Origin: a virus
Taxonomy: Duplodnaviria > Heunggongvirae > Uroviricota > Caudoviricetes
Strand: one strand, 5' to 3'
DNA: 64,000 nucleotides
IMG/VR virus record: IMGVR_UViG_3300029957_000005
Location: 64,001 to 128,000 of that record
Shown: positions 29,501 through 38,551 of the stretch, in pieces
Layout of the letters: each line of letters starts with the position of its first letter
How positions within the stretch are numbered: position 1 is the first letter of the stretch
Notes under the pieces: generated by a model
Told to the model about the DNA's origin: nothing
Database searches by the model: none
What the model saw: only the letters and a program-made list of their open reading frames with translations
Program-made: the position numbers and the translations under genes

Positions 29501-31760
29501 CAACATCGCGACCCGTGTCGAGTCGGTCACTCCGTTCCTCGTTCCTAAGAGAACCGGCCAGCTCTATCTCAACCCACCGTCGGACGATTGGATCGACACC
29601 ACCTCGGCTCCTGCCTTGGCTGTCAACCTGTCCGGTGATGCAGACAATTGGGAAGCAATGGGCGCTGCCTCCTACGATACCGTCTGGGGAGCCTGGGAGT
29701 CCGTCTGGACGGGTTCCACCACTCGTGGCAATACAACTACCACGAACACCAATCAGACGCGCACAGGAACTGCTACAACGACTTCTTCCGAACAGATCTC
29801 GGAGTCGATCGGTGAGTACGTTCGCAACGTCAACATCATCCCGAACATGCGAGCTGTTTCGATCCAGGTCTACGGACAGGGACTTCGTGCAAATCGTGAC
29901 CTCTACGTCTTCTTCGAAACCGACAATGTGGCTTCATACGTCACCCCGGTTGCAGGCTTCACCCCAGTCTCCGAAGGCGTCGTCAGAAGCGATGCAAATG
30001 GCGAAGTCAAGTTCACCCTGAACATCCCGGCCGGTGTGTACCGTACCGGCGATCGTATCGTCACGGTCATCGACGACAGCCAGAACATCGTCGACAATGC
30101 TTCGACCTACTCCAAGACCCTGTTCTACTCCTCCGGTCTGAACGTCAACACCCAGGAAACGGTCATCTCGACCCGTATTCCTAAGGTCACCACCGAGACC
30201 ATCACAGAGACAAGAACCACGTCTCAGGTCTCTGTTCGTCCTCAGGTTCAGCAGGAGCGTGGTGGCGGTGGACCTCATGGAGATCCTCTGGCCCAGAGCT
30301 TCTCTGTCTCGGCCGAAGCCTATCCATTCGGAATGTTCCTGACCTCAGTAGACATCTTCATGAGAAGCAAGGCGACCGACGGAGTTCCGATGAGCCTCCA
30401 GTTGAGGCCAATGAACAACGGCTATCCTCACTCCACGGACATCATCCCGTTCTCGAACGTGATCGTTGCTCCATCTGCGATCAACATCCCAACCAACACG
30501 GCAGACATCAACTCCGTCTTGGCTGCGGGAACGAACGTCCTGTTCGATGCTCCTGTCTATCTCGAGCCGGGCAAGGACTACTGCTTGGTCATGCTCTCTG
30601 ACTCCATCGAGTACGAGACCTACGTCGCAACCATGAGCCAGAAGCTTCTCGGAACTGACACCACCGTCATTTCCCAGATCTCTCTTGGATCCATGTTCAG
30701 ATCCCAGAACGGAACCACCTGGACTGCGAACCAGAACGACGACGTCATGATGCGCCTGAACAAGGCCAACTTCTCTCTCGCTGAAGGAACTCTCGTTCTC
30801 AAGAATACCCTTCCGGCAGCCAAGAAGGTCGTCAACCTGTTCAGCCACAACCTGGCTCCAGTCGTATTCTCCGGTGTTGCAGACATCACTTCGACCTACC
30901 AGATCCGCAACACTGGGACCGGACTCCTCTCGAACTCGGCTTCGTACTTCCTCAAGTCCGATACGACTCTTGCCAACGAGGGATACCTCTCGGCAGTTGG
31001 TGACTTCGTCTCCACGCTCAAGTTTAACACGAGCAACAAGGACGTTTCACCTTTCGTGGACACCACCAGAAACTCAGTGGTCCTCGTCCAGAACATCGTC
31101 AACAACCTCGGCCTCTTGAGAACCGGAATGGCTATCACCAATGCCGGCTCCGGATACACCCAGGGGACCACCACCCTTGTTGTCTCAGGTTCTACCGGAA
31201 CAGGAGCTGCTCTGACCCCAGTGATCACCGGTGGTGCACTGACGGACATCATCATCACCAATCCAGGACAGGGATACACCACGACTCCAACGATCACCGT
31301 GGTCGACTCCGGATCTGGGACCAGCGCCACTGTCGAATACTTCGGTGGATTTGAAACCGACCCTCAGAATGGTAATGCTCTGGCTCGCTACATCACCAGA
31401 AACATCACCCTCAAGGATGGGTTCGAAGCGACCTACATCACCGTCCAGGTCGATGTGAATCAGCAGGAAGGAACTGAGGTTCAGTTCTTCTATCGTGCGA
31501 AGTCCGCCGAGGATCCTTCGATCCTGGACGCACATGATTGGGTTCCTCTCAAGAAGTCCGTGAGCAACGTTCTTGTCTCCGGTGATGCAACCACCTTCAC
31601 CGAAACCACCTGGACTCCAGAAGGCATCTCCCTCGAGTACACTGCCGATGGAAACACCTTCACCTCTGCCTCGGCAATCGCCGTCAAGGCAGTCTTCCTA
31701 TCTTCGAACTCGGTAAGAGTCCCGAAGATCAGAAACTTCAGAGCTATCACCTCGGTCTAA
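26589..31760 (+). CDS. large virion structural protein (VrlC/DUF4815-like, 1723 aa)
   Basis: PYLDDFDETKNFHQMAFVPERAVQARELTGLQSIL, FDESGNYTVNPF, KRYTMADIG..DKRV..LEYYT.LSLLE, RFKNGILVDSF, C-terminal PKIRNFRAI. Confidence 0.85.
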   Translation: MATPSDLRSQAPYLDDFDETKNFHQMAFVPERAVQARELTGLQSILGHQIGVHAKAIYKDGTQVIGGVLSPKKIVYIKIDDDFGGFPVVVEEFLGQTVIELDGTDTPTGKVGTVITAKNDGSQKSIFVSPDLPFTAGNKIQISGQSVFATVTDSGNCFYLGLNAGEFFYNNTFINVPQQGIILEDFNSAPTGTAGLIWTSDIVTAQEDNSLFDPARGATNFGSPGADRIRTVGTLVYVAEGDVAPDTYSPLYEIRDGNTKTESSTTIYSDLAKELARRTFDESGNYTVNPFQLTLEDGIYNRIRSVSTLGVVETYAVIDIPATGKIIVDGDPTYDGEYDIVEIIDATHFKTSFTPATALDGTAGLTFRIESKFSIELGKGKAYVRGFELTKIGTTEVPVDRARDTALVENYNLVPILGNYVIVTNMAGDLPVGNGVQSVNFYSAAGGTGTLIGTGRVSFIRYQSGTNGDTAAKYRLYFLSIAMGAGYAFENVLSVKTGSGFLANIATDSIVSGKTILNSSSATSLLYVIPQDGVATLQPGGSPSTSYTRIQQFSGAATGSSIQFSIGAGTGASFYGPVGGDFAGSDTELTLYHFVNTTTGATLNVTSLIISNGGLTLTAVFGSAGGNVSLVAPVQLANTSPKTKTISSGTTTAAGTALDSTDTIILDHYDVKKLNSITKNSVNVTDRFTWNGGQNDLTYEFGSVTLKPGQTLPTGGTFSINYDYYVHSGTGYFSVDSYPEDRKDIPSYTFKSSGVTIDLANAIDFRVVGSTGIIPVPNVPISSDYDFYLARIDVVVLYSSGDFGIIRGTPSQNPVTPKVPEDAMTLYYLNIPPFTKNGTDTQTVYKDNKRYTMADIGVIDKRVTRLEYYTALSLLEMDTKNSPIYDEAGLERFKNGILVDSFTGHGVGNVYSGDYKCAVDEDNNYCRPPFKMDDTSLSVFSKTALQSNDNSKARIGEVITLPYTEESFLFNNIATRVESVTPFLVPKRTGQLYLNPPSDDWIDTTSAPALAVNLSGDADNWEAMGAASYDTVWGAWESVWTGSTTRGNTTTTNTNQTRTGTATTTSSEQISESIGEYVRNVNIIPNMRAVSIQVYGQGLRANRDLYVFFETDNVASYVTPVAGFTPVSEGVVRSDANGEVKFTLNIPAGVYRTGDRIVTVIDDSQNIVDNASTYSKTLFYSSGLNVNTQETVISTRIPKVTTETITETRTTSQVSVRPQVQQERGGGGPHGDPLAQSFSVSAEAYPFGMFLTSVDIFMRSKATDGVPMSLQLRPMNNGYPHSTDIIPFSNVIVAPSAINIPTNTADINSVLAAGTNVLFDAPVYLEPGKDYCLVMLSDSIEYETYVATMSQKLLGTDTTVISQISLGSMFRSQNGTTWTANQNDDVMMRLNKANFSLAEGTLVLKNTLPAAKKVVNLFSHNLAPVVFSGVADITSTYQIRNTGTGLLSNSASYFLKSDTTLANEGYLSAVGDFVSTLKFNTSNKDVSPFVDTTRNSVVLVQNIVNNLGLLRTGMAITNAGSGYTQGTTTLVVSGSTGTGAALTPVITGGALTDIIITNPGQGYTTTPTITVVDSGSGTSATVEYFGGFETDPQNGNALARYITRNITLKDGFEATYITVQVDVNQQEGTEVQFFYRAKSAEDPSILDAHDWVPLKKSVSNVLVSGDATTFTETTWTPEGISLEYTADGNTFTSASAIAVKAVFLSSNSVRVPKIRNFRAITSV

Positions 31761-31762
31761 GA

Positions 31763-31960
31763 ATGCAAACGGTAAAGATCAACAATACTTCAGCCGTAAG
31801 AGACATTCACTCCAAGGCCGTCCTTGAAACCTCCCATGCGGAATATACCGCTCACTTGAGAAGGAGGAACAGGGAAAAAGAGGTGAAGGCTCTTGGAGAC
31901 AAGATGGATAGAATCCTGTCTCTCCTCGCTGAGAAGGGAATCGACCTTGACGGACTATAA
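31763..31960 (+). CDS. small conserved hypothetical protein
   Basis: VRDIHSKAVL motif typical of the small gene after VrlC-like genes. Confidence 0.6.
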   Translation: MQTVKINNTSAVRDIHSKAVLETSHAEYTAHLRRRNREKEVKALGDKMDRILSLLAEKGIDLDGL

Positions 31961-32282
31961 GCTTTTCAACAAGGATGTGATCGTCTACTCCGGACAGGAC
32001 ACTACGATCAAGCTGACTCCGATTGGACTGGACGGATGGAAGTTCGCTCCGGCCGATCTGGACATAGTGGGGTTCGTTTATAGACCAGGAGATGACATCG
32101 GGATCTATAATCAAGCCATCACCATCGTGAATGGAGTCGGTTCGATCCCGTACGATCCCGATCGTCGGTTCGACTATTCCTATAGATATAATCTCTACGT
32201 CATTGATGGCGGCCAGAGGAAACTCTTTCAATTCGGAAATGTGATCTTCAAGAATGAGCATCGAGAGCCCAACGTCGGCTGA
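31893..32282 (+). CDS. hypothetical protein
   Basis: 129-aa ORF; true start uncertain. Confidence 0.5.
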   Translation: METRWIESCLSSLRRESTLTDYKLFNKDVIVYSGQDTTIKLTPIGLDGWKFAPADLDIVGFVYRPGDDIGIYNQAITIVNGVGSIPYDPDRRFDYSYRYNLYVIDGGQRKLFQFGNVIFKNEHREPNVG

Positions 32283-33018
32283 AGAATTCATCAGGCACTG
32301 CAAGGCACGCCTGTCCTTCCTGAAGATCAACATCACTCCGGACCAGGAGAGGATCCTCCTTCAGAGAGCCAAGAAGAAGTTCTTGGACTATCACCGTGAG
32401 TCCACAGACACGGTCTACGTCAAGCAGCAGATTACTCTCCAGGATCTACAGAACGGATACTTCGTCACTCCGAACGAGATCTGGGAAGTACACAATCTCC
32501 TTTCGTATCGACAGGCTCGCTCCTTCTCGAACGACATGATCTACGACATGGAGATCAAGTACTCCCTGTACAACTCCAACAATACCGGATATGCAGCCAC
32601 CGCAGCGGACGGCAATACTTCGCCTCTGATCTCCTATTGGCTCTATCGAATGGACAGTGGACTATATCAGTCCCACTTCAATAGAGACGATCTCTTCCGT
32701 TGGTCAAAAACCTCCAGAAGGCTTGTTGTCGAAGGAAATCCCGGATTTGTAGTTGGGAACTACATCGTCTATGAAGCATCAAAGTCCCTAGAGGATGAAG
32801 AACGCTTCTGGCAGGTAGAATGGTTCACGGACTATATGGTCGAACTCCTCAAGGCTACATGGGGAGAGAACCTGACCAAGTTCGCCAATGTCGAGCTCCC
32901 AGGTGGAATGACACTGAATGGTCAGGCCTTCAAGGATGAAGCCAAGGCTCGCATCGAAGAACTTGAGGAAGAACTCCGCAGCACCTACTCAGACTATACG
33001 ATGATCTACATCTCCTAA
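32254..33018 (+). CDS. gp13: neck protein gp13
   Basis: LKINITPDQ, WGENLTKFANVELPGGMTLNG. Confidence 0.9.
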   Translation: MSIESPTSAEEFIRHCKARLSFLKINITPDQERILLQRAKKKFLDYHRESTDTVYVKQQITLQDLQNGYFVTPNEIWEVHNLLSYRQARSFSNDMIYDMEIKYSLYNSNNTGYAATAADGNTSPLISYWLYRMDSGLYQSHFNRDDLFRWSKTSRRLVVEGNPGFVVGNYIVYEASKSLEDEERFWQVEWFTDYMVELLKATWGENLTKFANVELPGGMTLNGQAFKDEAKARIEELEEELRSTYSDYTMIYIS

Positions 33019-33024
33019 TAGATA
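33018..33024 (+). promoter_or_regulatory. late promoter
   Basis: ATAGATA, 17 nt before ATG 33042, SD AAGGA. Confidence 0.65.
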
Positions 33025-33041
33025 CTACCAAAGGATCCCAC

Positions 33042-33329
33042 ATGAATTACAAGCCATTTGACCCAGTAGAAATCGAGTCTCTTCTCGAGTCCAAGCTTCA
33101 CGAAGCTGCACAGGTAGACACTTCTCCATACGAGACGGTCAACGACGACACTCCGACCGGCAAGGGAACTTGGACGTTCTCGGTGGACAAGTATCCGTCC
33201 CACCCGAATGACTATGGAACTCTTGAGAAGGCCGGCAAGCTGGTCGACATCACCGACGACTACAAGAACGCCGTCGGCCAGGTCAAGAAGCAGTTCCCTT
33301 CAGCCAAGACCATCTATCTCCTTCCTTAA
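33042..33329 (+). CDS. hypothetical late protein
   Basis: 95 aa, own late promoter and AAGGA SD. Confidence 0.65.
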   Translation: MNYKPFDPVEIESLLESKLHEAAQVDTSPYETVNDDTPTGKGTWTFSVDKYPSHPNDYGTLEKAGKLVDITDDYKNAVGQVKKQFPSAKTIYLLP

Positions 33330-33354
33330 GGGAGCTACTTCCGGGAGGTAGACT

Positions 33355-34191
33355 TTGGCACATCCGATCTTTGCAAATTACTTTGACGACGTCGCGAAGA
33401 ATCTCTTCGAGGATCTCGTGGACGAAAGTATCCAGGTCGGCGGCTACGACTGCTACTACCTGCCCAGAGTAATCGACTCAAAGGATAAGCTCCTCAACGA
33501 AATCTTCCTTGCCAACTTCAAGGAGGCCTTCAAGATTACGGTCTTCAGAGAAGAGCTAGGTGGTTTCTTTCCGAACGACTTCCTCATCCAAAAGTTTGGT
33601 CCTGAGTTCTCCGGATCCAATTCCGTCTTCGCAGTCGGCAAGAGGGACTTCACCAACATCGTCGGAGACGAATACCCGATCGAAGGCGGTCTCCTCATCT
33701 TCACGGACGAGAAGCAGATCTACGAGATCAAGAACATCGACACGAGGGATCCTTGGATTTCCGGTGGTAGAATGTACTACTGGAAGATGTCCTGCCTGCC
33801 TTTCTCCAGAGGAAAGAATCACAACTTCTTCGAGGAGGTCAACGATTACATCGATACGGACTCGGAAGAACTGCTCGGCGAGTTCCTGGACAGAACAGAT
33901 TTGTACTCCACCGAATACTTCACGGCAGACTCTATCTGCATCACTGCAGACACAACTCACCACTTGGCATCTGAAGACTTGAGAGAAGGTTACTTCCTAC
34001 CGGTTACGGCCGACAGAACGGACATCAACGCAGCCGATGCTGATTGGACGATAGATATCGATTGGAAAGGCCAGCCTCAGAGCAACGTCGACGAGGCCAA
34101 GATCCCAATTCTCTATCCGGAGTTCGGAAATGGAGCGTTTGGTGATGAGGCCAAGAACTACAGCACGACAAACCCATTCGGGTTCAATTAA
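33355..34191 (+). CDS. gp14: neck protein gp14
   Basis: DLVDESIQVGGYDCYYLPR, PIEGGLL...YEI, NPFGF C-terminus; TTG start. Confidence 0.85.
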   Translation: MAHPIFANYFDDVAKNLFEDLVDESIQVGGYDCYYLPRVIDSKDKLLNEIFLANFKEAFKITVFREELGGFFPNDFLIQKFGPEFSGSNSVFAVGKRDFTNIVGDEYPIEGGLLIFTDEKQIYEIKNIDTRDPWISGGRMYYWKMSCLPFSRGKNHNFFEEVNDYIDTDSEELLGEFLDRTDLYSTEYFTADSICITADTTHHLASEDLREGYFLPVTADRTDINAADADWTIDIDWKGQPQSNVDEAKIPILYPEFGNGAFGDEAKNYSTTNPFGFN

Positions 34192-34200
34192 GGGAAATAC

Positions 34201-34614
34201 ATGTCAGATCCAATCTATGAAGTAGTCAACATCGGATCCGCTCCGAACTCCAAGGATGGTGATACGGCTCGAGTTGCATTCAAGAAGGTCAACGACAACT
34301 TCGACGTTTTGTTCGGTGCCTTCGCCAACCAGGTCTCGCCGATCGACGCCGATTTCAACGCCGTGGCTTCAGGAATCTACTTGGTCAATACTTCCGGTGG
34401 AGTGATCACCTGCACCCTCCCAGCAACACCAGCCGTCTCGACGATCATTCGTTTCATCGACGTGGCCGGTAAGTTTGGAACGAACGCCTTCAAGATCAAC
34501 ACCAATGGAAATCGTATCCAGGGACAGGTTGTTTCGCTGGTTCAGTATACCGACAACTATACCTTCATCGACTTCTTCTATGCATCTCCTTCTACTGGCT
34601 GGATCGTCAAGTAA
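34201..34614 (+). CDS. gp9/gp10-like fibre connector (short)
   Basis: VNIGSAPNSKDGDTARVAFKKVNDNF; YLVNTSGGVITCTLPA. Confidence 0.65.
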   Translation: MSDPIYEVVNIGSAPNSKDGDTARVAFKKVNDNFDVLFGAFANQVSPIDADFNAVASGIYLVNTSGGVITCTLPATPAVSTIIRFIDVAGKFGTNAFKINTNGNRIQGQVVSLVQYTDNYTFIDFFYASPSTGWIVK

Positions 34615-34629
34615 TGGGCATAGAGACAG

Positions 34630-35472
34630 TTGTATAAGTGGCCCTTCTATCACGGACATCTCCGTAAGCTGATCGCCGGATTCGGATCTCTATTCGATGA
34701 CATCCGAGTCTCGACGGTCGACGGGGGTGGAGTGATCAGAAACATCCATGCAGTGCCGATCAGGTACGCAGGCGCAGAACCGACCCTGGTCAATACGGAT
34801 CCTTCCAAGAAGCCGTACAACGAAATCTATCCGAGAATGTCCTTTGAGATCGTCGGCATCTCTCCGGACAAGGATCGCTCCGTCAATCCAAACAATGTGA
34901 TCAACGGCGTTCGAGCTCCTTCCAACTACACCGTGGACTTTGGTCTGTACATCCTGGCCAGGAACATGTCCGATGCCTTCCAGGTGATGGAACAGATCCT
35001 TCCGTTCTTCAACCCGACCCTGACTATCACAATGGTCAATGCTCCGAACAATGGAGTGGTCGACACTCCGATCACCCTCACTGCCGTGTCCATTCAGGAC
35101 GACTACGAAGGAGCAGAGGACAAGGAGAGAAGGATCGAGATCGGTCTTAACTTCACCTGCTATCTGGACTTCTACGGTCCGTCCGGCTCCGCCTATGAAA
35201 TTGCCCTGGCTCAGTTCATCGATCCAGCGTACAAGAGACCAGCAGATGATCCGACTCTCTGCTCTCCTCCTCGTTGGCCGATCAACACCCCAGGCCAGAA
35301 GAACCGCATCGAGAAGATCTTTGTGGATTTCTACACCAACAAGGTGGACTACTGCGCTTCAGCCTTCGACGGCGATCCATCCAACCTTCCACCGGACTCC
35401 CAGGTCGTGGTAGAAGCAACTGCCCAAGAGATCTTCAATTATGACAAGTACGGCACCCTCCCTACTGACTGA
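34630..35472 (+). CDS. gp15: tail sheath stabiliser/terminator gp15
   Basis: FYHGHLRKLIAGFGSLFDDI, PRMSFEI, QVMEQILPFFNP. Confidence 0.9.
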   Translation: MYKWPFYHGHLRKLIAGFGSLFDDIRVSTVDGGGVIRNIHAVPIRYAGAEPTLVNTDPSKKPYNEIYPRMSFEIVGISPDKDRSVNPNNVINGVRAPSNYTVDFGLYILARNMSDAFQVMEQILPFFNPTLTITMVNAPNNGVVDTPITLTAVSIQDDYEGAEDKERRIEIGLNFTCYLDFYGPSGSAYEIALAQFIDPAYKRPADDPTLCSPPRWPINTPGQKNRIEKIFVDFYTNKVDYCASAFDGDPSNLPPDSQVVVEATAQEIFNYDKYGTLPTD

Positions 35473-35884
35473 AGAAGTTTCCGTCGTTGAGATGGACGGT
35501 CTTGTGAATTCCCTCAACAAGGTCTTCGCCCGCTACGGAGTAGTCGTGAAGTTCATGTCCCACTTCAGGGATCGACTAAACGATGCCAGAAACAAGAACC
35601 CGATCACTCGTCAGACCATGATCGAAATGTTCAACAAGCTCCTCCTCGCAGCTAATCTCAAGAAGCTTGGAGCCATGAAGAACGGCCAAGAAGGCGTAAT
35701 GGTGTACAAAAGCACCAATTTTGTGTATACTCTAGATAAGCCTTCTGGGTCAAAGTTTGCCCAGCTAAGGTTCATCACAGCTATGGACAAGGATCGCTTT
35801 CAGTCTAATTCGTCTTCGGACTTCTATTTGAAGCTTGAGTCCTTCTCAGATTTCTACAGGAGGCTCGATGCCAACAGGACGTAA
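35441..35884 (+). CDS. hypothetical protein
   Basis: HFRDRLNDARNKNPIT motif; start uncertain. Confidence 0.6.
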   Translation: MTSTAPSLLTEEVSVVEMDGLVNSLNKVFARYGVVVKFMSHFRDRLNDARNKNPITRQTMIEMFNKLLLAANLKKLGAMKNGQEGVMVYKSTNFVYTLDKPSGSKFAQLRFITAMDKDRFQSNSSSDFYLKLESFSDFYRRLDANRT

Positions 35885-36332
35885 GATTGCTTTCCTTCTC
35901 CCGACCGACAGAACACAACGTCGTCTGGAAGGTGTAGCCAAGAGATTTGGACTCAACATCGGCAGAGACTTCGATGGACGTCCAGTCACCCACTTCGAAT
36001 TCCACATGACTCTCCTCTATTCGGTAGAGGACAATCTCGACTACCCGAACGTGACCATGCCTCTCGGCCACATCCTGAATGTGAACGGAGCCGTGATCAC
36101 CACACTCGGGAATGCAGTAGTTCTCAAGACCACCAAGAACCCGAAGCTCCTCCAGGTGCGAGACAATCTGATGAAGAACATCGGAGGAACGAGCCCGTAT
36201 GATGGCTTCATTCCTCACGTCTCTCTATCCTACGATCCGGTCGACATAGATAGGTTCGAAGAGCCTGTTCCCTTCTGGTACAAAAGACTCCAGTTCGACA
36301 GGATCGTAGTAAAGAACTCAGACTCGTCATGA
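35835..36332 (+). CDS. 2H phosphoesterase, Acb1 (T4 57B)-like
   Basis: Two HxT/S motifs: FEFHMTLLYS and FIPHVSLSY. Confidence 0.75.
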   Translation: MSPSQISTGGSMPTGRKIAFLLPTDRTQRRLEGVAKRFGLNIGRDFDGRPVTHFEFHMTLLYSVEDNLDYPNVTMPLGHILNVNGAVITTLGNAVVLKTTKNPKLLQVRDNLMKNIGGTSPYDGFIPHVSLSYDPVDIDRFEEPVPFWYKRLQFDRIVVKNSDSS

Positions 36333-36820
36333 ACAACATCGTAGATGCAGATCCCTCAATAATCGAGATCCTGAAGGAAGGGGACGGGAGAGACAAACCG
36401 TCCTCTATTGTTGAGGCAAACTATTCGTCCTCGGCCCTTGTCGATAGAGAGCTTGAAGTCCCTTCGGAAGCCGAAGAGAGAGTCAAGGTCGAAGTCGAAG
36501 GCAATCTTCGTAAGATCATCGAGTACGGAAGCGAGGCCATCAAGGATCTCGCTGATCTGGCATCGTCATCCGAACATCCCCGTCCGTACGAAGCATTCTC
36601 CTCCCTCCTCAAGTCGGTGGTCGATGCTAACATGGCCCTCCTTGACGTAAGGAAGACGACTGGGTCGATCCTCCAAAAGGGGAAGAGAACCAGTGAAGAA
36701 ACTCCTGTGGAGACCAAGGAGGACGTCATGAAGGCCACCGTCGGCGAGTTCATGAAGGAGATCAACCGCCACAAGAGGACTCAAGGCGGGAACATAATCG
36801 ACGTGGAGCCAAATGCTTAG
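36329..36820 (+). CDS. gp16: terminase small subunit gp16
   Basis: LADLASSSEHPRPYEAFSSLLKS; directly precedes gp17. Confidence 0.8.
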   Translation: MNNIVDADPSIIEILKEGDGRDKPSSIVEANYSSSALVDRELEVPSEAEERVKVEVEGNLRKIIEYGSEAIKDLADLASSSEHPRPYEAFSSLLKSVVDANMALLDVRKTTGSILQKGKRTSEETPVETKEDVMKATVGEFMKEINRHKRTQGGNIIDVEPNA

Positions 36821-38501
36821 AGAATGGACTCAGGAAGACGTCGATCGAGTCATCGTTGATCCTACACCCTATACCGTCTTCGACAAGCTAGGCCGCAATC
36901 CAAAGATCAAGAGGAACGGAGTCACCACTCACTGGACTCCTGAGATGCGAAGAGAGTATCTCCTCTGTGCGACCGACATCGAGTACTTTGCCAAGAAGTA
37001 CGTGAAGATCATCAACCTGGACAAGGGTAAGATGAACATCGATCCGTATCCTTACCAGGTCAACATGTGGAACACCTTCCAGAGGCAGAGATTCTCGGTC
37101 GTGCTCGCTGCTCGTCAGAGCGGTAAGTCTATCGGCTACGTCGTCTTCCTCCTACATCAGATCATCTTCAACCAAGAATACAAGATCGCCCTCCTGGCCA
37201 ACAAGGGCGCCACTGCGAGACAGATCCTAGGGCGTGTGACTCTCTCACTCGAGAACCTCCCATTCTTCCTCCAGCCAGGCACAAAGATCCTGAACAAGGG
37301 ATCCATCGAGTTCGAAACCGACTCCATCATCTATGCTGCCTCCACCGGTAAGGACGCCATCCGCGGTGACTCCGTGAACATGGTTGTTCTGGACGAGTTT
37401 GCATTTGTGGACAACGACACCGAGTTCATGACCTCAACCTATCCGGTCATCTCGGCTGGTACGACAACCAAGATCATCATCGTCTCCACCGCCAACGGCA
37501 TCGGCAACCAGTTCTACAAGATCTGGAATGGGGCCATCGACAAGCGCAATGCTTACTTCCCGATTCGAGTCGATTGGTGGGAAGTTCCTGGTCGTGATGA
37601 GGCCTGGAAGAAGGAAACCATTGCGAACACCTCCGAGCTCCAGTTCGCCCAGGAGTTTGAGAACAACTTCATCGGTGCTTCCAACACCCTGATCTCGCCA
37701 AATGCGATCGTCAACATCGTCAAGAAGCCACCGATTTTTGTCCTGGAAGATCGAAGCCTCAATGTCTACGAGAAGCCAGAAGAAGAGCACAAGTACATCA
37801 TCACCGTGGACGTGGCAAAAGGAAGAGGACAAGATTATTCGACCTTCAACGTCATCGACATCTCTACCAATCCGTTCAAGCAGGTGGCGGTCTTCAGGAA
37901 CAACAAGATCTCTCCACTCCTGTTCCCGACTATCATTCTCAAGTATGCTCAGGCATACAATGAAGCTTTGGTCATCATCGAAGCAAACGACCAGGGAGCA
38001 CTTGTCTGCTCTGGTCTTCTTTACGATCTAGAGTATGATCACGTCTTCGTAGAGAACAGAGGCAAGAATACTCTCGGCGTCGAGATGACCAAGAGGGTCA
38101 AGGCCATCGGCTGCACCAACTTCAAGGATCTTGTGGAGCAGTCTAAGCTCGAGATCGTTGATGAAGAGACAGCCTTCGAGATCTCCTGCTTCGTCGAGAT
38201 CAAGAACTCCTACGGTGCGTCCAACAACAACCACGACGACTTGGTCATGAACTTCGTCCTGTTCTCCTGGTTCATCTCGACGGACTTCTTTACCCAGTAC
38301 CACGAAGAGGCCAAGAAGCTCTATGACTTCCTTTACGTCGAGACCAAGAGCGACATCGAGTTCTCGGTTCCGCCTTTTGCTATCTTCGACGACGGTGTGA
38401 TCATCAAAACCTTCGATCGATACACCGAGGAGGAAGTGGATTTCTTCGACAACAGCTTCCTGAATCATTCGGCTATTCTTGGATTCACCGATCCCTGGTG
38501 A
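36813..38501 (+). CDS. gp17: terminase large subunit gp17
   Basis: ARQSGKS Walker A, VLDEFAF Walker B, VDVAKGRGQDYS, HDDLVM; uninterrupted. Confidence 0.97.
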   Translation: MLREWTQEDVDRVIVDPTPYTVFDKLGRNPKIKRNGVTTHWTPEMRREYLLCATDIEYFAKKYVKIINLDKGKMNIDPYPYQVNMWNTFQRQRFSVVLAARQSGKSIGYVVFLLHQIIFNQEYKIALLANKGATARQILGRVTLSLENLPFFLQPGTKILNKGSIEFETDSIIYAASTGKDAIRGDSVNMVVLDEFAFVDNDTEFMTSTYPVISAGTTTKIIIVSTANGIGNQFYKIWNGAIDKRNAYFPIRVDWWEVPGRDEAWKKETIANTSELQFAQEFENNFIGASNTLISPNAIVNIVKKPPIFVLEDRSLNVYEKPEEEHKYIITVDVAKGRGQDYSTFNVIDISTNPFKQVAVFRNNKISPLLFPTIILKYAQAYNEALVIIEANDQGALVCSGLLYDLEYDHVFVENRGKNTLGVEMTKRVKAIGCTNFKDLVEQSKLEIVDEETAFEISCFVEIKNSYGASNNNHDDLVMNFVLFSWFISTDFFTQYHEEAKKLYDFLYVETKSDIEFSVPPFAIFDDGVIIKTFDRYTEEEVDFFDNSFLNHSAILGFTDPW

Positions 38502-38514
38502 AAAGAAGACCTGA

Positions 38515-38521
38515 ATAGATA
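38515..38521 (+). promoter_or_regulatory. late promoter (sheath)
   Basis: ATAGATA, 30 nt before ATG, SD AAGGAG. Confidence 0.7.
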
Positions 38522-38551
38522 CTTCAGAAAAGTTCTAAGGAGAAAGCTTTA

